Origin: an uncultured Clostridium sp.
GTDB lineage: Bacteria > Bacillota > Clostridia > TANB77 > CAG-508
NCBI GenBank assembly: GCA_947575605.1
Contig: CANPNZ010000003.1
Coordinates: 41,665 to 105,664 of the forward strand
Direction of reading: 5' to 3'
DNA length: 64,000 bases
The stretch's first letter is position 1, and the number at the start of each line of letters is the position of its first letter. Positions 42,041 through 51,448 of the stretch are shown one piece after another. The position numbers and the translations under genes are program-made. The notes under the pieces are model-generated. The model had not been told where the DNA came from. It saw nothing but the letters and a program-made list of their open reading frames with translations, and did no database searches.

Positions 42041-45000
42041 TTAAATATATTCATCAAGAAATTCTCGTTCTTTAATACTTTCCTTATATTTTTTTAATCC
42101 ATCTATTCTATTTTCAATCTTAATTTTATGCTTTAAGTATTTAATATCTGTTAAAAGATCTGATATTTTTTTATAGAAATTTATTCTATTATTTATTATA
42201 GGTATTTCACTTCCAGACCAAGACATACTACTGCTAATTAAAGTTATTTTATCAAAAACATAAAAATCACTATTAACATTAAGAAATTTTTGTATAAGCT
42301 TTAATCTTCTCTCTTCATCAAACTCTGAAATTATATTAAAAATTTCTTCCATTTTATCTATATTCGTATTGTTTTTTTCTATATATGCTTCTAGCCATTT
42401 ATCCTGTTCAATACTATAATCTTCTTCTGAAAAAATTCCTTCTAACAAATACTGCCTCTTATGTCTTACTGTGATATTATCAATTTTACTAAGAAATATA
42501 TCTATTACCTTATCATAAATATCCATCTCCCATATATGTCTTATTGGTTCATTGTCATTGCTATAATATCCACTATTTTCCATTCTGAATTTTATATACT
42601 CATCTAGCAATTTTTCTTCAGCTATATTTAATATTTTATTGAAGTATAACCCTTTATAATCAAAGTATTGTTCAATTTTATATATTTTAAAATATATATC
42701 TATTAATAAACTAATATCTTTTATAAAAACACTTATAAGAAAATCTGCATTTTCAACATTATGTCTCCAAAACAATAAATTAGTAAATGTATATATTATC
42801 TGCTCATCATTATTATATACTCGATTTATTATTTTAAAAGTATTAATAAACACATCAGTATCAACACTTCTATATTTTTTTAGGAAATGTAAATTTATAT
42901 TTCTAACTATTGGCAATTCGATTTTTTCTCCTATTAATTTATACCATTCATCTAAAGCCTTTTTATTCACATTTCTAGTAGGAATTTCTGAAAAGCATGC
43001 TACTCTCCAACAAAATTTATTTTTTATATTACTTTCCGATATATATTTGTACAATTTATCAAATTCATACTCGTTATATAAAATTTCTATTGCTCTAGCG
43101 AAATCTATATCAATTATAGCACCACTAGTAATAAATTCCTGTATTATCTGTATATTATCATTTGGTCTATTATTAAAAATTTCTAAAAACAATATATCTA
43201 TCCCATACTTAATATCAGATATATTTTCTCCAACTGCACTTAATATTTCATTTATATTCTTAAAAATTTCTCTTATCTCATCTATTGAAGCATTTTTTAT
43301 AATTTTTTCTATTTCCCTTTGTCTTATTTTTCCATCATAATCTTTATTTTTTCCTTTTAAAATTTTATATAAATTATATGTTTTGTTGTTTCTAATATCT
43401 TCAGATATGTCTATACTTAATTTGCTTGTTTTTAATTCTTCTAATATATTATTTACAACTAATACTTCAGAAAAATTTGTTTTGTTTACTTTTTTACAAA
43501 ATTCTTCTATATATAATAAATCATTTTTCATTATTTCTTTTAGAGTTTTATTTTTATATTCTCTTATATAAAGATTATTAAATATATCATCTATTTCTCG
43601 CCTATAATTCACATGTTGATCATATACATCTAATAAGAACTTAAATATCTTATTTCTTATTTTTCTTAATCCTTCATCTTCCGCTAATGTATAATTGCAT
43701 ATCCTCATTGTTTTCATATTAACATTTTCCGCATAATCTCCATATGTTTTCAAAAAAATTGGTAATATAGTTAATCCTAATATAATGATATTTTCCTCAC
43801 AATTAGACTCTTTATATTGTTTTATCAATTCATCAATAAAAATATTTTGTACTACATAATTGTTTCTAATGTCATCAATTCTAAAAGATATATAATTTTT
43901 CACACAAAAATATATATCCTTTATTAGTATAGGTTTCTTTTTAAAAAATATAAATAATAATTGTACTGCCATACAAAAATGCTCTGAGTCTCTATATCCT
44001 ATCAATCTAGTTAATTCTTTATTTTCTATAGAATAATTCTTTTCTTTTTTTACATTTTGTATCTCATTAATATCTAGTTTTATATTTTCAGCACTCTTTT
44101 GATTAATCCTTTCAGAGATACTATTTAAGGCTTCTATTGGAATTAACGCATGAAATGTATCCATAAATTCTTGCTTATCTATATCTCTGTTTTTTCCAGA
44201 TTTTATATCTTCCCATAAATCCTTTATAGAATCCTCGACAATATCAATTGTATTTTTACTATAGAAAATATTAGTTAAAGTATTTAGAGATTCTATCATT
44301 CTTTCTCGTGGCCCATTAAATGTTACTTCTATTATACTTTTTATAGAAATATACCTATTTTTTACAAATACTAAATATAGTAAATAATTTGCTAAACATT
44401 GTTCTGATATTTTAGTCATTTTATCATTTAATACATCAACAAATTCAATATCATTTAAAATATGTATTGCATCCCAGAAATCATTCATTGATATATTTAC
44501 TTTTTCAAGTAGTTCTATAAACTTTTCATTTGTTTTGTTTACCCCATTTAAAAAAGCAATTAGTCCAGCCGATTTAACAATTTTATTTTCATTTTGAATC
44601 ATTAACTCATCTATAACGTTTTTAAAATAAATATCATATATTTGCTCTCCACTTATTATTTCTTGAAATCCTTTTTCTTTTGCTACTTTTCCTGCCATCA
44701 TAGCTATTCTAGGATTACTTAAAGATATTTTTTGAATTTGCTCTATATATGTTGAATTTTTTATTCCTAATTCTGAACTAAGAATCTCTTTAATTTGTTC
44801 ATCTGTAAGTGGTTTTAATTCTATATTTTTAGGTATAATATAGTATTTACTTAGCAAATTTAATACTTTACTCTTTGCATAGTCTCTTACTGTCATTATA
44901 ACTTTTAGAGTTTTAAATTGGTGTATCTTAATATAATCCAAAAATTGGCTCATATTAGTTAGCATATTAGCATCATCAATAAAAATTAAATATTCTCCAT

Positions 45001-45763
45001 TTTTCTTAAAATATTTTTGTAAATCTTCATATAACTGTAAATTATTGTTTCGTATACATATGACATTAATATTTTTATTTATAGATTTATATCTTTTACA
45101 TAATTCTACACAAAAATGAGTCTTTCCAGTTCCAGCAGATCCACTTAATATAATATAATTATCATTATTTATAATACTAATTGATTTATCTATCTCTTCA
45201 TCTCTATACAACAATCTTTCATTTATTTTAATTGTTAATTTATTAGAATTATATTGACTAATAAAATCTTCAATTTGTAATATTTGTAATGTATCAACTT
45301 CTATTTTTAAATAATCTTTAGCAATTGTAGCATATTCATATTTCAATAGATATGCAATCTCATCTATACTATATATTTTTATATTAGTACCAATATCATT
45401 ACAAAGTTTTTCTATTTTTTTTAATTCTTCTAGTTTAAGATTAGATGATGTATGAAAATAAATGATTTTTGTGTCTTTAGTATCTATCTTTGCAATTTTA
45501 AATACTTGAACACATTTATTAATATCATCTTCAATTTTGCCAGCCAAGCCATCAGTTTGAGTTGTATACTCAACGGCAATATATTTACCATTATCACTTG
45601 CAAATGCATCTGGAGTTCCCTTTGTGGTTTTATTTGATAAAGTATGAGAACCTAATTGGTTTATATTTTTATAGCCTTTTCTATATAATATTTCATTACA
45701 CATATTTTGAAATTCTCCTGGACCCAGTTCTATTATTTTACTCTTTATATCTAATACATCCAT
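42041..45763 (-). CDS. 1240-aa protein: N-terminal restriction-endonuclease-like domain, P-loop NTPase (STAND/AAA-like), long helical-repeat C-terminus
   Basis: GPGEFQNMCNEILYRKGY...GTPDAF...YIAVEYT (Mrr-like pattern), GSAGTGKTH Walker A, YLIFIDDAN Walker B, ELKPLTDEQIKEIL, then about 850 aa of N/I/K-rich helical sequence. Confidence 0.7.
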   Translation of the reverse strand: MDVLDIKSKIIELGPGEFQNMCNEILYRKGYKNINQLGSHTLSNKTTKGTPDAFASDNGKYIAVEYTTQTDGLAGKIEDDINKCVQVFKIAKIDTKDTKIIYFHTSSNLKLEELKKIEKLCNDIGTNIKIYSIDEIAYLLKYEYATIAKDYLKIEVDTLQILQIEDFISQYNSNKLTIKINERLLYRDEEIDKSISIINNDNYIILSGSAGTGKTHFCVELCKRYKSINKNINVICIRNNNLQLYEDLQKYFKKNGEYLIFIDDANMLTNMSQFLDYIKIHQFKTLKVIMTVRDYAKSKVLNLLSKYYIIPKNIELKPLTDEQIKEILSSELGIKNSTYIEQIQKISLSNPRIAMMAGKVAKEKGFQEIISGEQIYDIYFKNVIDELMIQNENKIVKSAGLIAFLNGVNKTNEKFIELLEKVNISMNDFWDAIHILNDIEFVDVLNDKMTKISEQCLANYLLYLVFVKNRYISIKSIIEVTFNGPRERMIESLNTLTNIFYSKNTIDIVEDSIKDLWEDIKSGKNRDIDKQEFMDTFHALIPIEALNSISERINQKSAENIKLDINEIQNVKKEKNYSIENKELTRLIGYRDSEHFCMAVQLLFIFFKKKPILIKDIYFCVKNYISFRIDDIRNNYVVQNIFIDELIKQYKESNCEENIIILGLTILPIFLKTYGDYAENVNMKTMRICNYTLAEDEGLRKIRNKIFKFLLDVYDQHVNYRREIDDIFNNLYIREYKNKTLKEIMKNDLLYIEEFCKKVNKTNFSEVLVVNNILEELKTSKLSIDISEDIRNNKTYNLYKILKGKNKDYDGKIRQREIEKIIKNASIDEIREIFKNINEILSAVGENISDIKYGIDILFLEIFNNRPNDNIQIIQEFITSGAIIDIDFARAIEILYNEYEFDKLYKYISESNIKNKFCWRVACFSEIPTRNVNKKALDEWYKLIGEKIELPIVRNINLHFLKKYRSVDTDVFINTFKIINRVYNNDEQIIYTFTNLLFWRHNVENADFLISVFIKDISLLIDIYFKIYKIEQYFDYKGLYFNKILNIAEEKLLDEYIKFRMENSGYYSNDNEPIRHIWEMDIYDKVIDIFLSKIDNITVRHKRQYLLEGIFSEEDYSIEQDKWLEAYIEKNNTNIDKMEEIFNIISEFDEERRLKLIQKFLNVNSDFYVFDKITLISSSMSWSGSEIPIINNRINFYKKISDLLTDIKYLKHKIKIENRIDGLKKYKESIKEREFLDEYI

Positions 45764-45782
45764 TTCATTATTTACTCCTCGC

Positions 45783-46256
45783 TTAATTATTTATACATAT
45801 TGGTGTATAATCAATTACATCACAAGATACACATATATGATTGCTTTTATCAAATCTTTCATCCAATGGCTTATCATGTATATGTCCAAAAACATTGATA
45901 TAATTTCTTTCCACTTCAATTGGTTCATGTGTCAAAATTAGATTTCCTAGAATAAATTTCTTTTTATATACTTCACTAAATCCAACTTCTTTCCAACCAT
46001 TTAATCCTCTTTTATAATCATGATTTCCTCTTATTAATATTTTTGTACCATTTAATTTGTCAACTAATTGCTTTAATTCTTCTGTACTACCAAATCCAAC
46101 ATCTCCCAAATGATAAACAATATCATTTTCAGTAACAACAGAATTCCATTTATTTACTATATATTCATTCATTTCTTTTGAATTTTTGAACGGTCTATTG
46201 CAATATCTAATTATATTTTCATGATTAAAATGTGTATCTGCTATAAAATATTTCAT
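45783..46256 (-). CDS. Small calcineurin-like metallophosphoesterase (157 aa)
   Basis: ADTHFNH, HLGDVGF, RGNHDYK, LTHEP and FGHIHD motifs in canonical order. Confidence 0.85.
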   Translation of the reverse strand: MKYFIADTHFNHENIIRYCNRPFKNSKEMNEYIVNKWNSVVTENDIVYHLGDVGFGSTEELKQLVDKLNGTKILIRGNHDYKRGLNGWKEVGFSEVYKKKFILGNLILTHEPIEVERNYINVFGHIHDKPLDERFDKSNHICVSCDVIDYTPICINN

Positions 46257-46298
46257 GACGTCCTCCTATTATCTTTAATTGTACTTGCGAACATTTGT

Positions 46299-46327
46299 AT
46301 TGTATTATTTTTCTTAAAAATATTCAA
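46299..46327 (-). promoter_or_regulatory. Candidate promoter of the phosphoesterase/ATPase/Fic operon
   Basis: TTGAAT - 17 nt - TACAAT on the minus strand, about 40 nt upstream of the TAGGAGG RBS. Confidence 0.4.
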
Positions 46328-46450
46328 TCTTTTTAGCGAAATTTGTAAAAATTTATTGCTAAAGAAACAAATTACATTATAATAGTTTTGCATTTACTTG
46401 TTACACACTTATAAAGTGTGTAGTTTGTTTAATCTTTTATGAAGATAAAT

Positions 46451-46479
46451 AAAAGCCTTCTATCAAAAGAAGACTTTTT
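46451..46479 (-). terminator. Terminator after the HAD gene
   Basis: AAAAGTCTTCT-tttgat-AGAAGGCTTTT followed by ATTTAT on the minus strand. Confidence 0.6.
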
Positions 46480-46527
46480 ACCTTGAATATGTACTTCTAA
46501 GGCATATATAAAATAATTTCCGATTAA

Positions 46528-47253
46528 TTATCTCTCCAATTCATGTTTCATATAAGTTAGCATTTCAATATAATCTTTAAATTGATATTGTGATAATTGA
46601 TTAATTTTCTCTCTATTACAATCAGAATACTTATCATATATTACTGCTACCTCTATACCTGCATTATTTCCTGCTTCTACTCCTATAAGTGAATCTTCTA
46701 TTATTAGACATTCATCAGCTGTTACATTTAATTCTTTTAATATCTTATAATGTATCTCTGGATTTGGTTTTAGTTCTTTAACTGCGCCTTTTGAGTATAC
46801 AAGCGAAAATATATCTTCGATGTTTGCCTTATTTATTATATTTCGATTGTGTTTCTTATATATTTCTATTGTATGGTCGTTTGTTGTACTTGCGATAGCT
46901 AATATAAATCCTTTTTCTTTTAAATACTCTAAGACTCTTTCAACATTCGGTTTATAATCAATTAACTTTCTTAAATAATTGTCTGCTATTTGATACCTTA
47001 AATTTTTTATATCTGCAATTTCCATATTTGAACCATACTTTTGTTTTAAAAATTTACAATATTCTAAATAAGCATCTTCACATTTGCTATATTCTTTTAA
47101 TTTTTCATCTCTTTGTTTTCCTATATCTATATTATCAATGTTTCCGTTTCCTATTGCTTTTATTAGCTCTTTATCTATTTCGTTCCATATTCCTATTGAA
47201 TCAATCAGTGTTCCATCCATATCAAATATAATTACTTTTTTACCTTTTAACAT
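46528..47253 (-). CDS. HAD-superfamily phosphatase
   Basis: IIFDMDGTLIDS motif I, ASTT motif II, IEDSLIG motif IV. Confidence 0.85.
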   Translation of the reverse strand: MLKGKKVIIFDMDGTLIDSIGIWNEIDKELIKAIGNGNIDNIDIGKQRDEKLKEYSKCEDAYLEYCKFLKQKYGSNMEIADIKNLRYQIADNYLRKLIDYKPNVERVLEYLKEKGFILAIASTTNDHTIEIYKKHNRNIINKANIEDIFSLVYSKGAVKELKPNPEIHYKILKELNVTADECLIIEDSLIGVEAGNNAGIEVAVIYDKYSDCNREKINQLSQYQFKDYIEMLTYMKHELER

Positions 47254-47271
47254 ATTGAGTTATACCTTTCT

Positions 47272-47892
47272 TCATCTAATATTTTTCCCTAATTTTATTC
47301 CTCTAGTTTCAATTATATTAAACTTACCATTATCATATTCTAATAATGTAGTTGCCACATCATCAATTTCCTCTATTTCTCTATCCACATTCAATATGTT
47401 TTTAAATATACTTTTATGTACATTACCATGTGTTACTATTGCAATTGTATTTAATCCTTCACTGTCTTTTATGATAGAACTAATTGCTTGTTTTACTCTT
47501 TTATCAAATTCTTCAATATCTTCTCCTCCTAAGAATGTCTTGCCAAAATAATATCCTGTATTTTTATATTCTTCTTTTTGAAATACATAAGAAAATATAT
47601 TTTTGGCAAGTTCTTTATTTATACCAGATAAAATACCATAAGAATTTAACTCTCTTATGTCTTCTATAACTTTCAATTCCACTTTTATATCTTTATTAAG
47701 TATTTGTGCTGTTTGATACGCTCTTTTATACGGACTTGTATATATTCTTTCTATTCCATAACTATCTATTTCTTTTTTATATTCTTTTACTTTATCTTTT
47801 CCGTTTTCTGTTAAGTTAAAATCAGCAATTCCTCCATAACAATTTTCTATATCGTCTATAGACTCGCTATGTCTTATTAAATAAATCTTCAT
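47272..47892 (-). CDS. Histidine phosphatase (phosphoglycerate-mutase family)
   Basis: IYLIRHSES catalytic His motif; VTHGNV second His. Confidence 0.8.
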   Translation of the reverse strand: MKIYLIRHSESIDDIENCYGGIADFNLTENGKDKVKEYKKEIDSYGIERIYTSPYKRAYQTAQILNKDIKVELKVIEDIRELNSYGILSGINKELAKNIFSYVFQKEEYKNTGYYFGKTFLGGEDIEEFDKRVKQAISSIIKDSEGLNTIAIVTHGNVHKSIFKNILNVDREIEEIDDVATTLLEYDNGKFNIIETRGIKLGKNIR

Positions 47893-48304
47893 AATTTGTC
47901 CAGCCTTTCTTACTCCTTCGATATTATGTATCTTTTTATATCATAATTTGCCCTATTTTCAAAGTCTTTTAATAATATTTTATACCGTTCCATATATCCA
48001 TTTATCCTTTTCTAATACAACACACATTATTTTTTACCCTTTCTACTTTTCCTGTGTTATCTCCTTATACTCCACACACCCTAAATCTCGATTTTGCTTT
48101 ATTTTTCAAGTTTTATAATAGTGTCAAAATGTCCAGTTGAGTTGTTGAAAAAATAACTTTAAATGGACATTTTAACCTATCCATTTAAACCTCGTTTTGT
48201 GTCCAGTTTTACATTTTTTGTTTAGTAATTTATATTTATTAAGATAAAATAGAATTGTGCTATTTACACTCTCATTTGCTATATGTCTATAATTTTTTCT
48301 GTTC

Positions 48305-49213
48305 TTATAATAGCTTTTCTATTTCTTCGCCTTTTAAATATACATCATTTATTTTATTGATTTGTTCCTTAGCTTCTTCTATTCTATTATTAGCTAGTAA
48401 ATATCCAACTATATATACAAAAGAACTTTTTAAATAAGCATAGGCTAATTTCTTATTTAAGTTTTTATCATCTAACTGTTTTTTATCTATTCCAGTGATA
48501 ATTCCTTCTATAAACTGCTTACTTTTATTTGCTTTTTCATCATTATTCATAATGTGATATATTTCACATCTTAAAGCAATTGGTAAATATATCAAAGCAC
48601 TATTTTCATAATCTATCATCAAAAATTCATCACTTACCATTATGTTGTCTGCTTTTAAATCCCAATGCATATAAAGAGGTATATCATCTTTAAAATATTC
48701 TATTAGTCTTTCCATATCGTTCTTTATTTTCTCTACATCTATATTTGGAAGAATTTTTTTGTACTTTTCTATTAATTCTACTGTTTGATTATATTTTTTC
48801 AATTCTGCTTTCTTAAATTCTGTAAAAAAGTTATCATTAATGTTTGTATATTTTTCAATTAATATTTTTTGTTTTTCTCCTAACTTTCCTGCCTTATTAA
48901 ATATATCCTCTTGTATAAGATTATCATATACTTCTTCTAAAGTACCATTGTCCATATAATCCATTATAATATAATAACCCAAATTTTCTGTTTGACCGTA
49001 TTCTAGTATATTTGGGATAGGTTGGTTTGTTTCAATATATTTATCTGTAACACTTTTTCTGCCTAAATTATTATCTTTATATATCTTTAGTATATATTTT
49101 TTATTGTCTTGATATAATTTGAACACTTTAGCATAAGATAATCCTTTATTTATTAGTTCTACTTTTGAACATTTATCTAAAAATTTAATTTCTTTCTTTA
49201 AAGAATCAAGCAT
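48305..49213 (-). CDS. Protein-kinase-like / aminoglycoside-phosphotransferase-fold kinase
   Basis: HWDLKADNIMV catalytic loop and IDYENS (DFG-equivalent). Confidence 0.75.
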   Translation of the reverse strand: MLDSLKKEIKFLDKCSKVELINKGLSYAKVFKLYQDNKKYILKIYKDNNLGRKSVTDKYIETNQPIPNILEYGQTENLGYYIIMDYMDNGTLEEVYDNLIQEDIFNKAGKLGEKQKILIEKYTNINDNFFTEFKKAELKKYNQTVELIEKYKKILPNIDVEKIKNDMERLIEYFKDDIPLYMHWDLKADNIMVSDEFLMIDYENSALIYLPIALRCEIYHIMNNDEKANKSKQFIEGIITGIDKKQLDDKNLNKKLAYAYLKSSFVYIVGYLLANNRIEEAKEQINKINDVYLKGEEIEKLL

Positions 49214-49612
49214 CTATTTCTCCTTAATTGCAATTACTTCTATTTCTATTTTACATCCTTTTTTAACTAGACTATTTACTTCAACTAATGTACTTACTGG
49301 TTTACTATTTGCAAAATATTTATTTCTAATAGGCGATACTTTAGCAAAGTCATTCATATCTGTCAAAAAAATTTGAGTTTTTACTACATCATCTAAACTT
49401 GAATTTGCTTCTTTTAATATTTTTTGAATGCAATTAAAAACATATTCTGTTTGTCCTTCAATATCTTCACATACAACATTCCCTTTTGAGTCTTGTGCAA
49501 TTTGTCCAGTAACAAATATCATTTCTGCAGTACCTATATCTACTTTTATTCCATGAGAATAAGCCCCCATAATTTCTGCTGAATCTTCTGGTATGATACT
49601 TTCTTTAAACAT
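49214..49612 (-). CDS. RidA/YjgF-family deaminase
   Basis: GAYSHGIKV..., PVSTLVEVNSLVKKGCKIEIEVIA. AGGAGG precedes the ATG at 49612. Confidence 0.8.
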   Translation of the reverse strand: MFKESIIPEDSAEIMGAYSHGIKVDIGTAEMIFVTGQIAQDSKGNVVCEDIEGQTEYVFNCIQKILKEANSSLDDVVKTQIFLTDMNDFAKVSPIRNKYFANSKPVSTLVEVNSLVKKGCKIEIEVIAIKEK

Positions 49613-49626
49613 ATTCTTTCCTCCTC

Positions 49627-50391
49627 TTAAATACTCTTTCCTCCATCTACAAGATATATTGCTCCAGTTGTCCATAATGACTTATCTGATAGTAAAAATT
49701 CTATTGTTGGTGCTATATCTTTTTTAGCATCTCCAATTCTTCCTAATGGATATAATGGTGCTTTTTCTTCTGACCATTTATCATATCCTTCTTGTGTATA
49801 GTCTCCACTTGCTACATAAATGTTAGTATATACTGCTGCAGGATTTACACTATTTACTCTTATATTATATTTTCCAAGTTCTTGACCCATATATTTAGTT
49901 AGCATATCAACTCCTGCTTTACTTGCACAATAAGCTATTGAGCCTCCTGCTCTTTCTGATGACATTGAAGAAATATTTACAACCGATGTATTTGTTCCTT
50001 TTTTTAATAAAGGTAATAGTGTTTTAGTTAATGCAAATATTCCTGTTAAATTTATATTTATAGAATTATTCCATTCTTCAATAGTTTGCTCTTCAATTCC
50101 ACCTAATTTAATAATTCCTGCTGAATTTACTAATCCATCTAGTTTTCCATATTTTCTATCTATTTCATTATATATCTTTTTGCAATCTTCTATATTACTA
50201 ATATCTCCTTGTAAAAATGTAACTTTGTCAGAATTACTACCTAATTTTTCTTTTGCTAAAGATAAATTTTTATCTCCTCTTGACAGAGAAATAATCTCAT
50301 AATTTTCTTGTTCCAATAAATATTCTATTGTTCCAAGACCAATACCACTTGTTCCTCCTGTTACTAAAACAACTTTTTTATTATCTAACAT
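49627..50391 (-). CDS. Short-chain dehydrogenase/reductase (SDR)
   Basis: VTGGTSGIGLG cofactor motif and YCASKAG (YxxxK). Confidence 0.88.
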   Translation of the reverse strand: MLDNKKVVLVTGGTSGIGLGTIEYLLEQENYEIISLSRGDKNLSLAKEKLGSNSDKVTFLQGDISNIEDCKKIYNEIDRKYGKLDGLVNSAGIIKLGGIEEQTIEEWNNSININLTGIFALTKTLLPLLKKGTNTSVVNISSMSSERAGGSIAYCASKAGVDMLTKYMGQELGKYNIRVNSVNPAAVYTNIYVASGDYTQEGYDKWSEEKAPLYPLGRIGDAKKDIAPTIEFLLSDKSLWTTGAIYLVDGGKSI

Positions 50392-50849
50392 TTTTTACCT
50401 CCAATAATCTTATTTATAATATAAATCTTTTCATCCATATGTTTAATTTATATCACAATTTAACACATTTTCATAGTCTTTTACAAATATTTTTATCTAT
50501 CAACACATTCTTTAACATTTATTAATTTTTTCCTTTGGGCAGACGCAAGGCCTGCCCCTACAATTCTACTTTGTTTACAATATTAAAGAAGATAAAGTAT
50601 CTCTACTCTATCTTCTTTAGTAACAAGCACTTTCTTTATTTTTTTATTTCAATTAGGTAGTGTGCATATACATGTTTACGCATCCCCTGTTATTTTTGCA
50701 ATTATGTCCACTCTACTTTTTTTGCCATCTTTTTATGTTTTTTGCTCTTTTTCTATCTTTTAAAAAATCTTATCAAATTCTTTTGTATCAATGGTTATGT
50801 GTTTTTCTTTAAACTTAGAACTGATACACATTCGACGTGGGTGCTGAAC

Positions 50850-51230
50850 GGAATCTTGTCCTCCTGTCAGGCCTTTTCTTTGCCTTTCCAATCCAAACAG
50901 CTGATTGTTAATGTTCTCTTTTGAGAGGATTTTTAATTCCTCTCTACTTCTCAATAAGTTTTGGTACCAGATTCCAATATCGTTATTGGGATCCTTCCAA
51001 AAAATAGAGATTTGTCCTTCCGTTAATTGCTTCTTTTCCAGTGCTACAATTGCAGCAGTTAATTCTTCTTCTGCTGTTTCAATTGTGCCTGCCTCGACAT
51101 AGTTCTGAAGATGACCTTTTACTTTTACAGTAAAGTCATCCGCAGCCACTAGCCGAATAATGGCCCAAACCCCAAACGACGCAATTGAAAGAATCAGTAA
51201 AGCTGTGATAAGTTTTCCTTTTGTCATCAT
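50850..51230 (-). pseudogene. 5-prime part (127 codons) of the membrane-protein gene split by the integrative element
   Basis: MMTKGKLITALLILSIASFGVWAII... up to ...GLTGGQDS. After the GGAATCT repeat the ORF runs 29 codons into element DNA and stops. Confidence 0.75.
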
Positions 51231-51393
51231 AAAATACCTCCTATTTTAAGACATTCGGCAGAGAGATACTTGATACATATTCTTATTATATCATACATTC
51301 ACATAATTTTCAATTTTCCTTCCATTTATTAAAAATCTTTTTTACATAATGTCTTAAACTATATCACAATAACTGTAACTTTCTAAAAATGGA

Positions 51394-51424
51394 AACGGAA
51401 CCAACTTTAAGTTTGATTCCGTTG
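51394..51424 (-). terminator. Terminator after the SecF-like gene
   Basis: AACGGAATC-13 nt-GGTTCCGTT followed by TCCATTTTT on the minus strand. Confidence 0.6.
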
Positions 51425-51448
51425 TTCTTTATCTTAAAACTTATGTTT

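Larger units (their letters stand above)
38551..50856. mobile_element. Integrative element of about 12.3 kb with a large serine recombinase, bounded by a 7-bp direct repeat GGAATCT (38551-38557 and 50850-50856)
   Basis: The recombinase gene lies 74 bp inside the left junction. The two halves of the host gene share the codons GAT TCC in the same frame at the repeat. Confidence 0.75.

Noticed and set aside
38551-50856. The integrated element as a prophage.
   Set aside because: There are no capsid, portal, terminase, tail or lysis genes. The cargo is enzymatic and defence-like, so it is an integrative island rather than a phage.
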